Source: Paraphysomonas bandaiensis
Lineage: Eukaryota; Protista; Chrysophyceae
Reading direction: 5' to 3'
NCBI GenBank assembly: GCA_965644295.1
Contig: CBFFRP010000127.1
Span: forward strand, 1 to 64,000
DNA length: 64,000 bases
Each line of letters begins with the position of its first letter. Position 1 is the first letter of the stretch. The notes beneath the pieces were generated by a model, which saw only the letters and a list, made by a program, of their open reading frames with translations, was not told where the DNA came from and searched no databases. Both the position numbers and the translations under genes were made by a program. Positions 13,102-25,695 of the stretch are shown here, in pieces.

Positions 13102-15689
13102 ATGTATACCAAAAGAATATTTACATCTATCAGATCTTCTAGTCTGCAGCCATCACTGCTCAGTCGCAATGCGCTTCTGTCGAGGCCCATGTCTAAGTTC
13201 GTGTGTCTGGATCCCGTGCCCTCAGATATAGACATCAGCCAGGCTGCTACTCCTAAACACATTTCGGAAATCGCTGAGAAAAGTGGACTCTTGAGTGAAG
13301 AGTATGAGCTGTATGGTACAACAAAGGCGAAGGTGGTGTGTGCATGTGTGCTGCTATTGTGTAATTATCATTCAGGTGTCCCTTGCTGTTCGAGATCGTC
13401 TAAAAGATCAAGAAGATGGAAACTATGTCCTCGTTACAGGAATTAACCCCACACGTGAGTTAATTCTTAAAGAAGCCAATACACAATACAGCTGTTCTAA
13501 TTGCTTCTATACTCAGCTCTTGGTGAGGGTAAGTCAACGACCGTCATTGGTCTAGCACAAGCACTCGGGGCCCACATGGGTGTCAAGGCATTTGCTAATA
13601 TCCGACAGCCTTCACAGGGTCCTACCTTTGGTATGAAGGGTGGTGCTGCTGGTGGGGGATATGCACAGGTGTTCCCCTATATTTGATTACTTTTAGTCCA
13701 AGGTAATTGCGTTTCTACTACAGGTGATACCTATGGAAGAGTTTAATCTGCACCTAACGGGTGATATCCACGCGGTAACTGCGGCTAACAACTTACTAGC
13801 AGCAGCTATTGACACCCGTATGCATCATGAGGCTCATCAGGTTTGAGTCTTATTCATATCTGTCTCTCCCAAGCGTCACATACACTTTTATTCTTGTTTC
13901 AGAGTGACCATTCTTTATTCAATCGTCTGTGCCCGAAGGACAAGAAAGGAAACCGCAAGTTTGCTCCAGTTATGCTGCGCCGTTTGGAGAGGCTTGGAAT
14001 CAATAAAACGAATCCAGATGATCTCACTGATGATGAGATATCTCGTTTTGCCCGGTTAGACATTGATCCTGAGACTATCACTTGGCAACGCGTGCTCGAT
14101 GTCTGCGACAGGTAATACTTTATACCTTACAGTTGCGGGGATATCAATAATGCCTGGATGTAGATATGTTCGAGGAGTGACTGTTGGTGTTGGGAAGAGC
14201 GAGAACAGCCCCCGCGCGACGGGTTTTGATATCTCTGTGGCCTCAGAAGTTATGGCTATTCTAGCCCTGACAACTTCCTTAGAAGACATGCGCGAAAGAT
14301 TGGGCCGCATTGTTATTGGCATGAGCAGGTGAATTTTATTCTTTTTACTTTGTAGTGTGTTCTGCTGTCCTTGGTTTAATTTGGTCGGCAGAGAAAGCAA
14401 AGGTCGCCCATCGATGCCAGTCACTGCTGATGATCTCGGCGTTGGAGGGGCCATGCTCGTACTGATGAAAGATGCTATTATGCCAACCCTCATGCAGACC
14501 ATAGAACATACCCCAGTGTTAGTGCATGCCGGGCCATTTGCTAACATTGCCCACGGTACGACGACGACACATTTCTTTTATTGTGTAACTGCTTTCATAG
14601 GGAATTCCTCAATTGTGGCGGACCAGATTGCTCTCAAGCTTACAGGCAGCGAAGGGTTCTGTATTACGGAGGCAGGATTTGGTATGACTTTTCTTTTTCT
14701 AAATATGGTATCAAAGTATGACTGGTTTTTGAATTACAGGAGCTGATATCGGCATGGAAAAGTTCTTCAACATTAAGTGCCGATATTCCGGCCTGAAGCC
14801 TCGTTGTGCTGTTATCGTCGCAACTGTGCGCGCACTGAAATTACAGGGTGGTGGCCCCCCTGTGAGCTCAGGGAAGACACCTGACGCTGTGTACTTTAAC
14901 GAAAATCTAGATCTGGTGCGAGCTGGTTGTGCTAATCTTATTCATCACATCAAAAACGTGAAGAAACATGGCGTGAGGCCAGTAGTTGCTATCAACCAAT
15001 TCACAGCTGATACACCTGCGGAGATCGAGCTCATCAAGTCTCTGTGTATGGAGGCTGGTGCTTTTGCAGCAGAGGAGAGCAACCATTGGGCTAAGGGTGG
15101 TGAAGGATCCATCGGATTAGCAAAAGCTGTGCAACGAGCGTGTGCCGAAGCCAAAGCAGATGAGAAATCCTCGTTTGAGTTTTTGTATCCTCTTGAGACT
15201 CCCCTCAAAGGGAAGATTGAGAAGATATGCTCCTCAATATATGGAGCGGATGTAAGTGCATTACCTCTTTTATGTTAGACATCTTTTATCTGTTTTTATA
15301 TCGCTCTGTACACCACTCCAATTTAATTTCTCAGCAGGGTGTAGAGTACTCCGACTTAGCAAATCACCGTCTTGAAGCCTTCACGAAGGCGGGCTACGGA
15401 AACCTACCAATATGCATGGCCAAAACCCAATACTCTTTGAGTACTGATCCCAATGCCAAAGGTGTGCCCACAGGGTTTAAGATCAAGGTCAGAGATGTGC
15501 GTGCCGCTGTTGGGGCTGGGTAAGTACTGGGAAGTATTTTGCACGTTGTTATTGACCATTGTTTTGTGCTCCAGATTCATTTACCCAATATGCGGAGATA
15601 TTATGACTATTCCCGGATTGACAACACGCCCTGGATTTTACGATGTGGATATCGACTTCAAGACTGGAAGGGTTGTTGGACTCTTTTAG
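13102..15689 (+). CDS. fhs: Formate-tetrahydrofolate ligase with probable mitochondrial presequence, multi-exon
   Basis: [86 protein letters not shown], terminal GRVVGLF*. Confidence 0.96.
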
Positions 15690-15890
15690 TGACTCAAATT
15701 TCTAAGTACCTCACACTGCATCATTTCTTCTTTGTTTTTTTGTGGTGTGATCAAGTTACTAATTAACAAGTACTCTATTACTCCACTTTTCAGTGTTAAC
15801 TTTTTCTTTTGCGTGAGGAAGCAATGAAATTACAATTAACCCTAAATAATTTATGACCTTTAATGAATAGATTGTAGCTAACATATCGAG

Positions 15891-15953
15891 CAGGGCTAGG
15901 AAACAATGTATTGAATTGCAATACATTGTACAATAAACTGTGTCCTAGCCCTG
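15891..15953. mobile_element. 63-bp hAT-like MITE
   Basis: 11-bp TIR CAGGGCTAGGA/TCCTAGCCCTG; perfect 8-bp TSD ATATCGAG (15883-15890, 15954-15961). Confidence 0.85.
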
Positions 15954-16339
15954 ATATCGAGAGACATTGGCAGCTACTATCTACTATGGTACTTAAGCTG
16001 TGCTTTTGCTGCGAAACCAACCGTTCCAGTATATTGCCTTGTCTTCATTCTTCTTGTCAATGTCACTGCACAGTACATTGCCTCCTCAAATGTCGATCAG
16101 TTTGCAGTCAAATTTCAATGGCAAAGTGGTTAATATCATTAGAAAGAAACAAGAGTACAGCATTCATAGGCCGGCAGTATCGTAACGTAATCATTTAAAT
16201 TCACGTTTCAAAAAACAGTTCACTTATTTACACAAAGATCAAGTCGTTACTATATACTATGATATTCCGTAAAGGTCATAAGCACAAAATAGCGCAAGAT
16301 AAAAAGTGAAAAAGAAAAATGCAGAATTTACAACTCATA

Positions 16340-16774
16340 TTACTCATTCAATTTCAAAAAGCACTCTCTCCACCCAATCGACTTGTAGGTATGGGTCAGC
16401 TCTTCATCCTTGGCAATGTCGCGGAGAGCAAACACTTCAAAGCGGTCCTCATCAAAGTGGCGAACAAAGCGGCAGTTCGGGTCTTTGGAAGTGTTGTAGT
16501 ACGTAGCTGCCCCAGAGCAGAAGGCCCATACAGTTCGATCTTCACTCCAGGTGAAAATGTACGGGTTTTCATGTCCATTGACATTGGTCAGACGACGTGC
16601 CATGCCGAATTCAACCAATTCCCCAGCTTTAAGAGCCACGGCTGCAAAAGCTCCATCACCACCAAGCGGAGATTGCTTGACGTACACCTTGGAGCAGTCC
16701 ATTTTAGTGTAAACAGTGAGAGGAGATTGGTTCACATTATCCTCCACGACCTGCACCTCGTTATCCATGTCCAT
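16340..16774 (-). CDS. Small single-domain SET protein (putative lysine methyltransferase)
   Basis: VYVKQSPLGGDGAFA, GAATYYNTSKDPNC, VFALRDIAKDEELTHTY. Confidence 0.85.
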   Translation of the reverse strand: MDMDNEVQVVEDNVNQSPLTVYTKMDCSKVYVKQSPLGGDGAFAAVALKAGELVEFGMARRLTNVNGHENPYIFTWSEDRTVWAFCSGAATYYNTSKDPNCRFVRHFDEDRFEVFALRDIAKDEELTHTYKSIGWRECFLKLNE

Positions 16775-19604
16775 AACTCAAACTGATATACTTCTCAGGT
16801 AAGATATCTGAATTATGATTCATGTAGGAAGTGATATTACTTTCACATGTCCAAACATAAGTGTAGTGTTGACACATGTGTCCAAGGTAACATATGTTAG
16901 TGTGGTGTATCTTAGTGTTGTGGGATATGATCATATGATTCCACCATATGGATATGATGCATGATTAGACTGGGACTGGGAGCGTATACAGAGTATACAG
17001 CAGCAGGGTTGTACAGCAGATTGCAACACACAAACTGCTGCTGGCTGTACAAGTATGGTATATGAGTTCTAAATATAGGGTTTTTGCAAATATTTTCGTG
17101 AAAATTGGAGAATTCATTAATTTCTAAGATCGTTCTCGTACAGCAGTGTACACCACGTACTGCTGTCTCTGTAGCAGCAAAATGAATCCATAAGCATGCA
17201 TCAGCTCAGATCCCATGAATTTAAATAGCATGACAGAGTCTATGGAAGCACTAGATTGGGATTACTATTCGAACAAGCAACAGCAGTCTGGCGTATAACT
17301 CCTGAAGATTCCAGAAATCCAGAAAAAAAGCAAGTTCCACGTAGAGCACAAAGAAGATGTATCGGCACGTTCGCAGCGACATAAGAACTATGCTATTGGG
17401 AATGTTTTTGTTTATTTTACAACTTGGTGATTGACAAATCAAGGGATTCATTTACTTTGTTGACAGAGTTACGTCATCCTATACACACACATACCACGAA
17501 TTGATTCACCTTTTACTACGTGCGTACCAATATTGATATTGATATTGATACCACCTTCAGGTATTTCAAATATTCGAATTTAGACTTCTTTCTCCTTCTC
17601 TCGAAGAGATTGTAGTTTTGTTGTCACATCTATACTGCTATTCCAGGGCCATTCGTACAAGGACAGCAATAGAACAATCTTCCGTCAACACTGTGAATTG
17701 ATCCCTTGACTACTTCTATTTGTGCCTATCACACGTTGCTCGCTTCAAAGTCTATGAGATTTCTGACTCTGGGAATGTAATTTCACCAGGTTTTATATCT
17801 TAGATAATGTCATCAAATTACTAATCCCGATTTTGTTATATGAGTAGCTTAAACGCTTTATATCGAGTAATTAATTTGTCTTTCCATTCAAACTTTAATT
17901 ACATTAATGGTGCATCATCTAACGTCTAGGTAATATGACAAAATCAATACCGTTAAGAGCAAGCAACGTAGCAATATGCCAGCAAATCTAATTTAAAATA
18001 ATACCAACCTACAGGACACAGGCCAGTATTACTCTCGCTGAATCTTTGTATCCAGAAAATATCCAAGAAACTATGGTCACATTAAAGAAAACTTCTATTG
18101 CACATCTCATGTTGCAAGGTAATATGCGCTTCTCTTGATGCTCCAGGAACAACATAGCACCTGGTACATCCATACGCAAAATACATCATCGATTGGCCCA
18201 ATTTTGCACTTCAGAGGTCGTCACTAACTCCACAGTTTTGGACGTACACATGATTAGGTTCTCAACCAGCTAATGGTTCTACAATATAACAGCATATATC
18301 ACAATTTTATTACGACTATATATATTGTCAACATGTCTATATACATACCAGCAAAATCTACAAATGAAAAACAGCCTCCACGGTGAGTACCTCAATAGCC
18401 ACAACACGAGCTTTCTTCAATAACAATATCAACTGGTTCTACGATATGTCGTTTTGTACCATCCACAAGAAGCAGTGTAATTAACTAATAACACCAAAAC
18501 GCTATTTCACGATGATACAGGTTGCGTGTGCTTACATCAATCACAACTAACTTCAGATAATTACGAAACACCAAGTCCGGTAAAAACTTTAGCTGATGCT
18601 TTCGAATCTCAAGAGCATATAAAAATCCTCTCAACAAATGAATCGATAGTATATAAATTCTGCGAAAACAGATGCATAGGGAAGTGGATAACCCAACTAG
18701 GCCTTCCGTTTTATTGTAGTGGCAGATGCAAAGTGCCTAGAGCAAGAATAGGTTCCTTTCTGTTGAGGACATGACTGTACCGATCAAAAATAATGCGGAT
18801 AATCTGATATACCAATGTGTTTGTTGCATTTAACGTACGTAATAATCAAGGACGATGTTTGAAATTTCGATGAACCTACAGGCGCACTACATAAGCTTTC
18901 AAGAGTAAGACAATATATCCATAATACTTGCATTTAAGGTTCTACCTCGCTTACGTGCAGTGCAGAGTACTTTCGGTGATGTATGTGGAGGATAAATCAA
19001 CCACTTCCCATATACACTAATGACAAGACGGCTCTGAACTTGTTATGCAGAATGACTCGTCTACAAACACACATGAGACTGACTTCATACTGAGATCTAG
19101 ATATCTGATCCCACCATTAGGAACTTCATATGATCCTCAGTCAATATCCGCATGTCCCAAGGAGGAAAGTTGAGAAGACACTTCACTCACTCAGGAATTC
19201 AATGTCTACAAGCAGACGTAAAGATGCCTCTAATATTGAGACAAGAATTACCTGTATACTAGCTGTAATTGTACTGTAGGAATGTAGAGTAGTTTTGCTT
19301 CAATTTATTTCCGAAAAATTTATAGTATGTAGGGTTGGTTATACAGTGCAGGATACCTAAATATCCTGATATCTAGCAAATAGATACCTATATATTGGAA
19401 TATTCCACACATACCTACAGTAGTATTGTATAGCACTACAGCATTGATGCAGTATGCTCTCGAAGCGTACACTTACGATCCACTGCATGCTATACAGATG
19501 CATGAGTCGAGGATATACATATACATGCATCACTCAGAGTCTTCAGCTCACACATAGAACTATAAACTATCCCCAATTAGCTTACAGGTGTCTTTCAACT
19601 GATA

Positions 19605-21185
19605 ATGGGGCTCTTCAGTCACTTTTATCTGGCTCCTGAGGTATTGTTAGTGTTTGATTTGCATGTGTTGGTATGTTGTGATCTACGCGTATATATATGC
19701 ATAGGTGAACCAAGAGTGGACCGCAGACAGGAAAGCAGTGATTATAAGACATCATAATGAAGAGTCATGGGTGGAGCTGTTTATTGATCTCACTTATGTG
19801 GCTTTGTTTATAACACTTGGGCTATCAATCGCTGAGTGCGATATATCTCCGAACTTATTGAGCCATGCAGCGTTGATCTTCCTTATTATGTTCTTTTTCC
19901 GTCTATCGGTCGATAACTACTCGAATAGGTTTTTTTCAGAAGATGTTATGACGAGAATTCTGTATTTTTGTTATGCGTACGGCATTGCTCTGATGATTAT
20001 GAACATCAATGCCGAGGCAGGGTCGTGTCCTCATATGGGTCTCGATACCAAAGGCTTTCTTGTGGGATATGTGGGTGCTCGATTATCAATTATTTTAATG
20101 TATGTAATCGCTCTGTGGACAAATCGCCACACAGTTCCTCAGTTCTGCCTAGACCTCATTGTGTCATTACTCATCCTGTCTGTCTCACTTGCAATGTTCT
20201 ACCCTGGGGCAAACCGACCTCTTTTCTATAAGATATCCCTTTCCTTAGAATTTGTAATGCTAACCCCTGTTCTGGGTAATTACATTCGACCGTACTTTGC
20301 GAAACTGATAGGCTGTGTGCCTGCGAACGACGTATATTATGTGGTACCCCTCAATATAATCGTTTACCAACGCAGACTCTGTATGTTCATTATGATGGTA
20401 CTAGGTATGCACCCTTAGAATCCAGCTTGGTTTCTCTGAAGTTGATTCTATTCTTTGTAGGCGAAGGGGTGATACAAATCCTTGAACCAACACTTGACTC
20501 CAATCATCTTGAACGATGCTACCTCTATGCGACTTGTGGACTTATTCTGATATTCAGTTTTGCGATGCAGTACTGCGATGCGGTGTTGCGAGAACATGTT
20601 GAGCACCATGCTCTTCGTCGGTCATCTGCCGCTGGCCGTGTTTGGATTTTCATGCATCCTGTTCTTGCTTACTTCATGTACTTGGTTGGAATCAGTATTA
20701 AATTATCTTATCATGACGTCACAGCAGACCACCAAATATTCCATGAGCACGATGTCGTGCTGGGTGTTTCCTGTGGCGCAGTGGTACTGTGTCTAACGCT
20801 AATGCGCAGTACACATAAAGGAGTCTTTCGATTTGACGCAGAAGCGAAGGAGGAGACCCAGCGGAAAAACATACGGCGAGTATTCAATTATTCCGTACGA
20901 TTGCTGGTAGTATTTCTGCATTGGATGGCAGCATGGAAATCTTTTAATGTCGAGTCCCATGCGACTACTGCTCGCGACCGTTTTCTTTACTTCCACTGTG
21001 CATTGTCCGCTCTTTCTGTTGTATTTGAAGTAATACTGTCTCAATTCAGCAACGCAGAGAGAGACCCATCCCCAGACACAATTTCGAAAGATTCAGAGGT
21101 TGGAGCAAGGACACGTGCAAGCTCGGCTATCAGTATTAACGTTGATGATAATTCTAACCCAATTCTCAGAGATTCTGAATTGTAG
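19605..21185 (+). CDS. LtrA (low temperature requirement A) family multi-pass membrane protein, 3 exons
   Basis: SWVELFIDLTYVA and RRLCMFIMMVLGEG motifs; many hydrophobic helices; introns at 19641-19704 and ~20405-20460. Confidence 0.8.
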
Positions 21186-22097
21186 GCACAGACTCTTTCG
21201 TACTATAGCAGTGCGAAAATATGGTAATCACTCAAATGATATGCTTTGAGTATTGCATTCACAGTTACAACTTAATAGCAATTTTTCGTAACCGTACACA
21301 TGTAGCGAGTGTTTAGGGTTCTCATTGCGCATTGTAGTCATAAGTAACATATGTCATAAGCAGACTCCAAGTGTGATTCTATTTCTATTGTAGTATTCTG
21401 CTTCAAGCTTCAAGTATAAGAATCTCTCTATTTTACGTACTACCGTACTACCTGCATCGTGTCAAGGTAGCATTCCTTGTGGATTGCTAGAGGTCAATCG
21501 ACTTCTTGGTAGACACAACTACACAATGCATCAGATTGACGTCGAAGAAACCATGTACCATCTTTTGATGTCAGGCACCTGGCACTGACGTCTTACTGAT
21601 GGCAAACGTTGACGTCTCAAACGCGCACACACCACGTATCCCATCATGCTTACTGACTTCCATATCCTTCGAGACTAGTTGACACTTGAAACCTGCACCA
21701 CCCTTAGAGATAAACTACATGGACATTATCAAGACCGCCTCCCCCATACTGGGAGGAGAGTGGTGCCATTTTCCCTCACAAACTCGCCCTTGCAGAACAT
21801 CGTTCCAAGATGGACCGACGAGACAGATAACATCTAACACAACGATTCACAACGCTGCGCTAACGTGGTACAGGTCATTTAGCATTGCTCAAGACATTTC
21901 AAGAAGTTCAAGAAGTTAATGCGATATATGCTGTACTATCGACATAAAATCATCTTCGGAGAGGACCTTTTAACTAACTCCCACCCGTACATTAAGCCGG
22001 TTTACCACCACATATTTGTATTCACCCGATGATCCACTCACCATTTCTAGTTTCTATCATATAACGCATAGGCATTTGGCCAGTTAGATAATTACGC

Positions 22098-22602
22098 CCC
22101 TCAACAAAGTCGAACTCGCACCTTTTCGTGGTGTTCTGGGGGATAAGTACCGGAAAGATTCTCTCTGGGAAGCTAACGTGAGCCGCAAACATAGTCAGCA
22201 GATATTCTTCTGCCCACTCATAGCCGAATGCTTGTGTGGTACAAGGGACACCAATAAGTGTCACTTGTGTAGACGTCTTTGGGCCCTGACGAATAAACAG
22301 GCATCCGGGAATGGGCCCACCTCAAGGGCATCCGGGACAGGGCACACTGCCTGCTGAAGTCAAGCATCCGGGATGTTCACCTTAAGAACTCAGAGCGGAA
22401 GTGGTCGCACCTTGGTGCTTGCGGCGACGCACAAGCAGCTTTCGTAGCGCTAAATAGTAGGATAAAAATAGAAAAAAGTGTGTACTGATTAGTTACAGGT
22501 AGAGGTCTAACTAGTTTGTCTAGCATTCACCTAGCTACTAAGTTGGTGCAGGTTTTTAACGTCTATTGCTAATAATAAGACTTTCAATATATAAAATATA
22601 TA
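22098..22602 (+). mobile_element. SINE-like retroelement copy (505 bp) with 13-bp TSD
   Basis: TAGATAATTACGC at 22085-22097 and 22603-22615; homologous end to end with 54649-55173; AT-rich tail. Confidence 0.85.
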
Positions 22603-22729
22603 TAGATAATTACGCAAGCTAAACGGCACCCTCTCTATTTAAACCACACAGAGCATGAATTATATCGTTATAGCGGTAGCAAATTACAGTACACGATTTC
22701 CAAATATATCTAACATTATCAATGTCTAT

Positions 22730-25308
22730 CTAAAATTTCGATGAAAGTGATATTATAGCACGAAGCATCTTCCGGACAGATACTGTAAGCTTAGACCTAT
22801 TATACTGGTCACCGATGTTCCTGATGGCATCCGCTCGTGTCGGGTAAGGATGAATTACGGAAGACTACATCAAATCGAGTCAAAAGAATGACACACAAAT
22901 AACATGACTCTACCAGTGATGCCAAGCCCATTCCGGCATGCATTGCAGTGGTGATCTCAGATATCATGTCGCCTGCTCCCTGGCCCACAATTGTGGCGCC
23001 AACGATAACATCCGTGCCTTTTTTAACGTGAATCTGAAAAAACAGCATGCATTAAAGCACAACTTGTCAGATACAAGCAACAACCTTTACAAATCCAGCC
23101 GTCTCCCCCTCACACTTTGCCCTGTCATTGTCAGAAAATTCCTTAATGAATGTATCGAAAGGGATTTTTCTAGCCTCAAGATCACTGGAATATAGTCCCA
23201 CATGAGCCACCTCTGGTTCAGTATAAGTGCACCATGGAATGATAAGAGCAGAGAAGCGATCAGAACCGAAGAATAATGTATTTTTAATACATATACGAGC
23301 CATCCAGTCTACGAACATTTATAAAACCCAAACAAATATAATCCATCAACCACTAACCGGCCATATGCGTGAATTTATATTGAGAACAGCAGTCCCCCGC
23401 AGCAAAAATGTTGCTGTTGGTTGTGCGCATGTTGTCATTGACAATGATGCCATCTCGAGCGCAATATTTCACGCCGGCAGCCTCGAGACCCATTCCTTGA
23501 ATCCTGGGCTTACGACCTGTTGCAACAAGCAGCTCATGTCCCACTACAACCTCGTTCTAGTCGAATGAGAACTTTCTATATATAAACTAATAAATCGTAC
23601 CTTATTATTGCGTGTGAGACGGACTTCAATTAATTCACTACTGTCATACCCCACAGACTGAATATTGGCGTTGTGAATAAAGGTAACACCATCCCTCTCC
23701 ATCTCCTCCTGCACCAATAAGGCTGCATCTCTATCCTCCTATTCATAGGCATTCTATAAAATGATATATGCAGATCTCGTATACCGTTCTCACCTTTCTC
23801 ATGATGACGCCACTCCTATTGATTACTGTAACTTTTGATCCGAATCTCGCAAATGCTTGTGCCATTTCCATTGAAATAGGTCCAGCACCAAGAACAGTGA
23901 GGGAAGGCGGAAGATCAGTGAGGTTAAATAGAGATTCATTTGTGAGATATTGTACATCTTGGAGCCCGGGAATAGACGGTACAGAGGCGCTGGCGCCAGA
24001 ACATATGATACACTGAGACATATCTATATTAGATCCCGGTATCAAGTCATCTATCACTATATACCTTTCTAAACTGGATACGACGATTGTTCACAACAAG
24101 TGATGTAGGAGAATCAAATACTCCATGACCTAATGTCGCACGGTTGATCTACGTCACCGTGCAGGATATAAATTCCCTCTAAACCACCTACCTATATAGA
24201 TGTCAATTCCGAGCTTCGAGAGTCTCTCAGCAGCATCAAAGTCACTGATATCAGCACGAATTTCCCTCATGCGCTCCATCACCTAATATATAGATTAAAC
24301 TAATGCATACTTCCCTGACTCTGTACCTTAGGGAAGTTTACGGTCACAGTGCCGGTTATGTCAACTCCAAACTCACTCGCCCTTCGACAAGCAATAGTTG
24401 ATGCAAGTAATAATAACACATTGCAATAGAACTCACCCTCTGACTGTCTTGGCGACGGATGCACTTTTAATTAGAGATTTTGAGGGAACACAACCGAAGT
24501 TCGTGCAATCTCCGCCCATAAAGTGACTTTCGACAAGTGCGACCTTGGCGCCTGTAAACGTACTGGTCAGATAGAAATATGTCACTGTAATGTATCCACG
24601 ACATAGTGTAAACGTACATATCGCATATTAAAAGTATAAAACGTCATAAAATATACGAAGCATACTAGTAGCACCTAGTCCTTTGGAACCTATAGAGGAC
24701 ACTAAACCAGCAGCACCTCCGCCGATCACCAACAGATTATACACGGGGGCGTCCTCTGGAGGCAGCCACCCTGATGGATGAACATTGTCCAAAAGCTTCA
24801 CATTATGCCTATCAATTAGTGGTATATCTTTAGTGAGAGTTAGATCAGATGGTTCAATCCCAGCTTCAGTCGATGGTAATTCAGGAATCATAGACATGCG
24901 TGTGGTGGCACCCAGATCTTCACCCAAAAATTGAGTCGCAAAATTCTTCCATAACGACACACTTTTTCCATCCATATCTTTAGGGGCCTTGCCATGACTC
25001 CGCTCATCATCTTGGAAGCGATAAAACAAGAACTCATTCTTGAAATTATGGTCTCGTGTAACATGAAAGATATAACCGAAATCAACCAACAAATTGCCAA
25101 TCAGAACAGCTTCTGCCTTTGTTCCTGCTATCCCATCAGCAATCATGTACCTGACAGCATCTTCACCGATAAAACATTGTTCATATGTCTTGAAATGATA
25201 GACACGATCTCGTATATCAACATGAGCTCGTAGTTTAGCTGCTACCTCTAAGATATTTATGTCACTAGATGAGACTGATTCAGTCATCTCAGGAGAGATA
25301 ACTTGCAT
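22730..25308 (-). CDS. DEP domain fused to a MerA/LpdA-like pyridine nucleotide-disulfide oxidoreductase, multi-exon
   Basis: DEP: IRDRVYHFKTYEQCFIGEDAVRYM...HVTRDHNFKNEFLFYRF. Reductase: VIGGGAAG, GGDCTNFGCVPSK, LGAGPISMEMAQ, IFAAGDC, CTYTEPEVAHVG, IHPYPT. Confidence 0.88.
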
Positions 25309-25695
25309 ACAATGTAGGGTGAATCTGCAGTGTGGTGGGTTAAGTTACTTGGTTACTCTCGCTGTGTCATGTCTGTGTATGTGTATATATATATGCTACT
25401 CTGGGCAAGATATCCTCGTATAAATTTTTACTGTAGATATGATGGGACTGAAAATATGTTGAAACCATTGAAGATACTATGCAATTACAATGTATGGAAA
25501 GATATTGTCACTTTCTGATTGGTCATACTAGTTTATCTTTATGTGTATAATACGTCGCAGTATACCGGTATACCCATTATATGGAATACAGTAGATCATA
25601 GACTATGCTCGTCTAGCCCATAGCTACTACGTACCAGTCTGTTCCTGCCTTACTGTAACAACCCGAGCTTGTAATTCATCAGAGGGACCTTTATA

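Noticed and set aside
18000-18500. Possible decayed transposase motif on the minus strand (RILPCNMRC)
   Set aside because: Requires assumed mutations and has no continuous frame; cannot be called without a homology search.
21490-22084. Possible further LINE remnant (C/A-skewed, HILRD* resembling a broken zinc knuckle)
   Set aside because: Too degenerate to support, and it lies outside the TSD of the adjacent element.
22022-22264. Paralogous minus-strand ORFs here and at 54652-54954
   Set aside because: Antisense readings of the SINE-like repeat; frames are not conserved between copies.
22730-25308. True mercuric reductase (merA)
   Set aside because: Lacks the C-terminal Cys pair and an N-terminal metal-binding domain.
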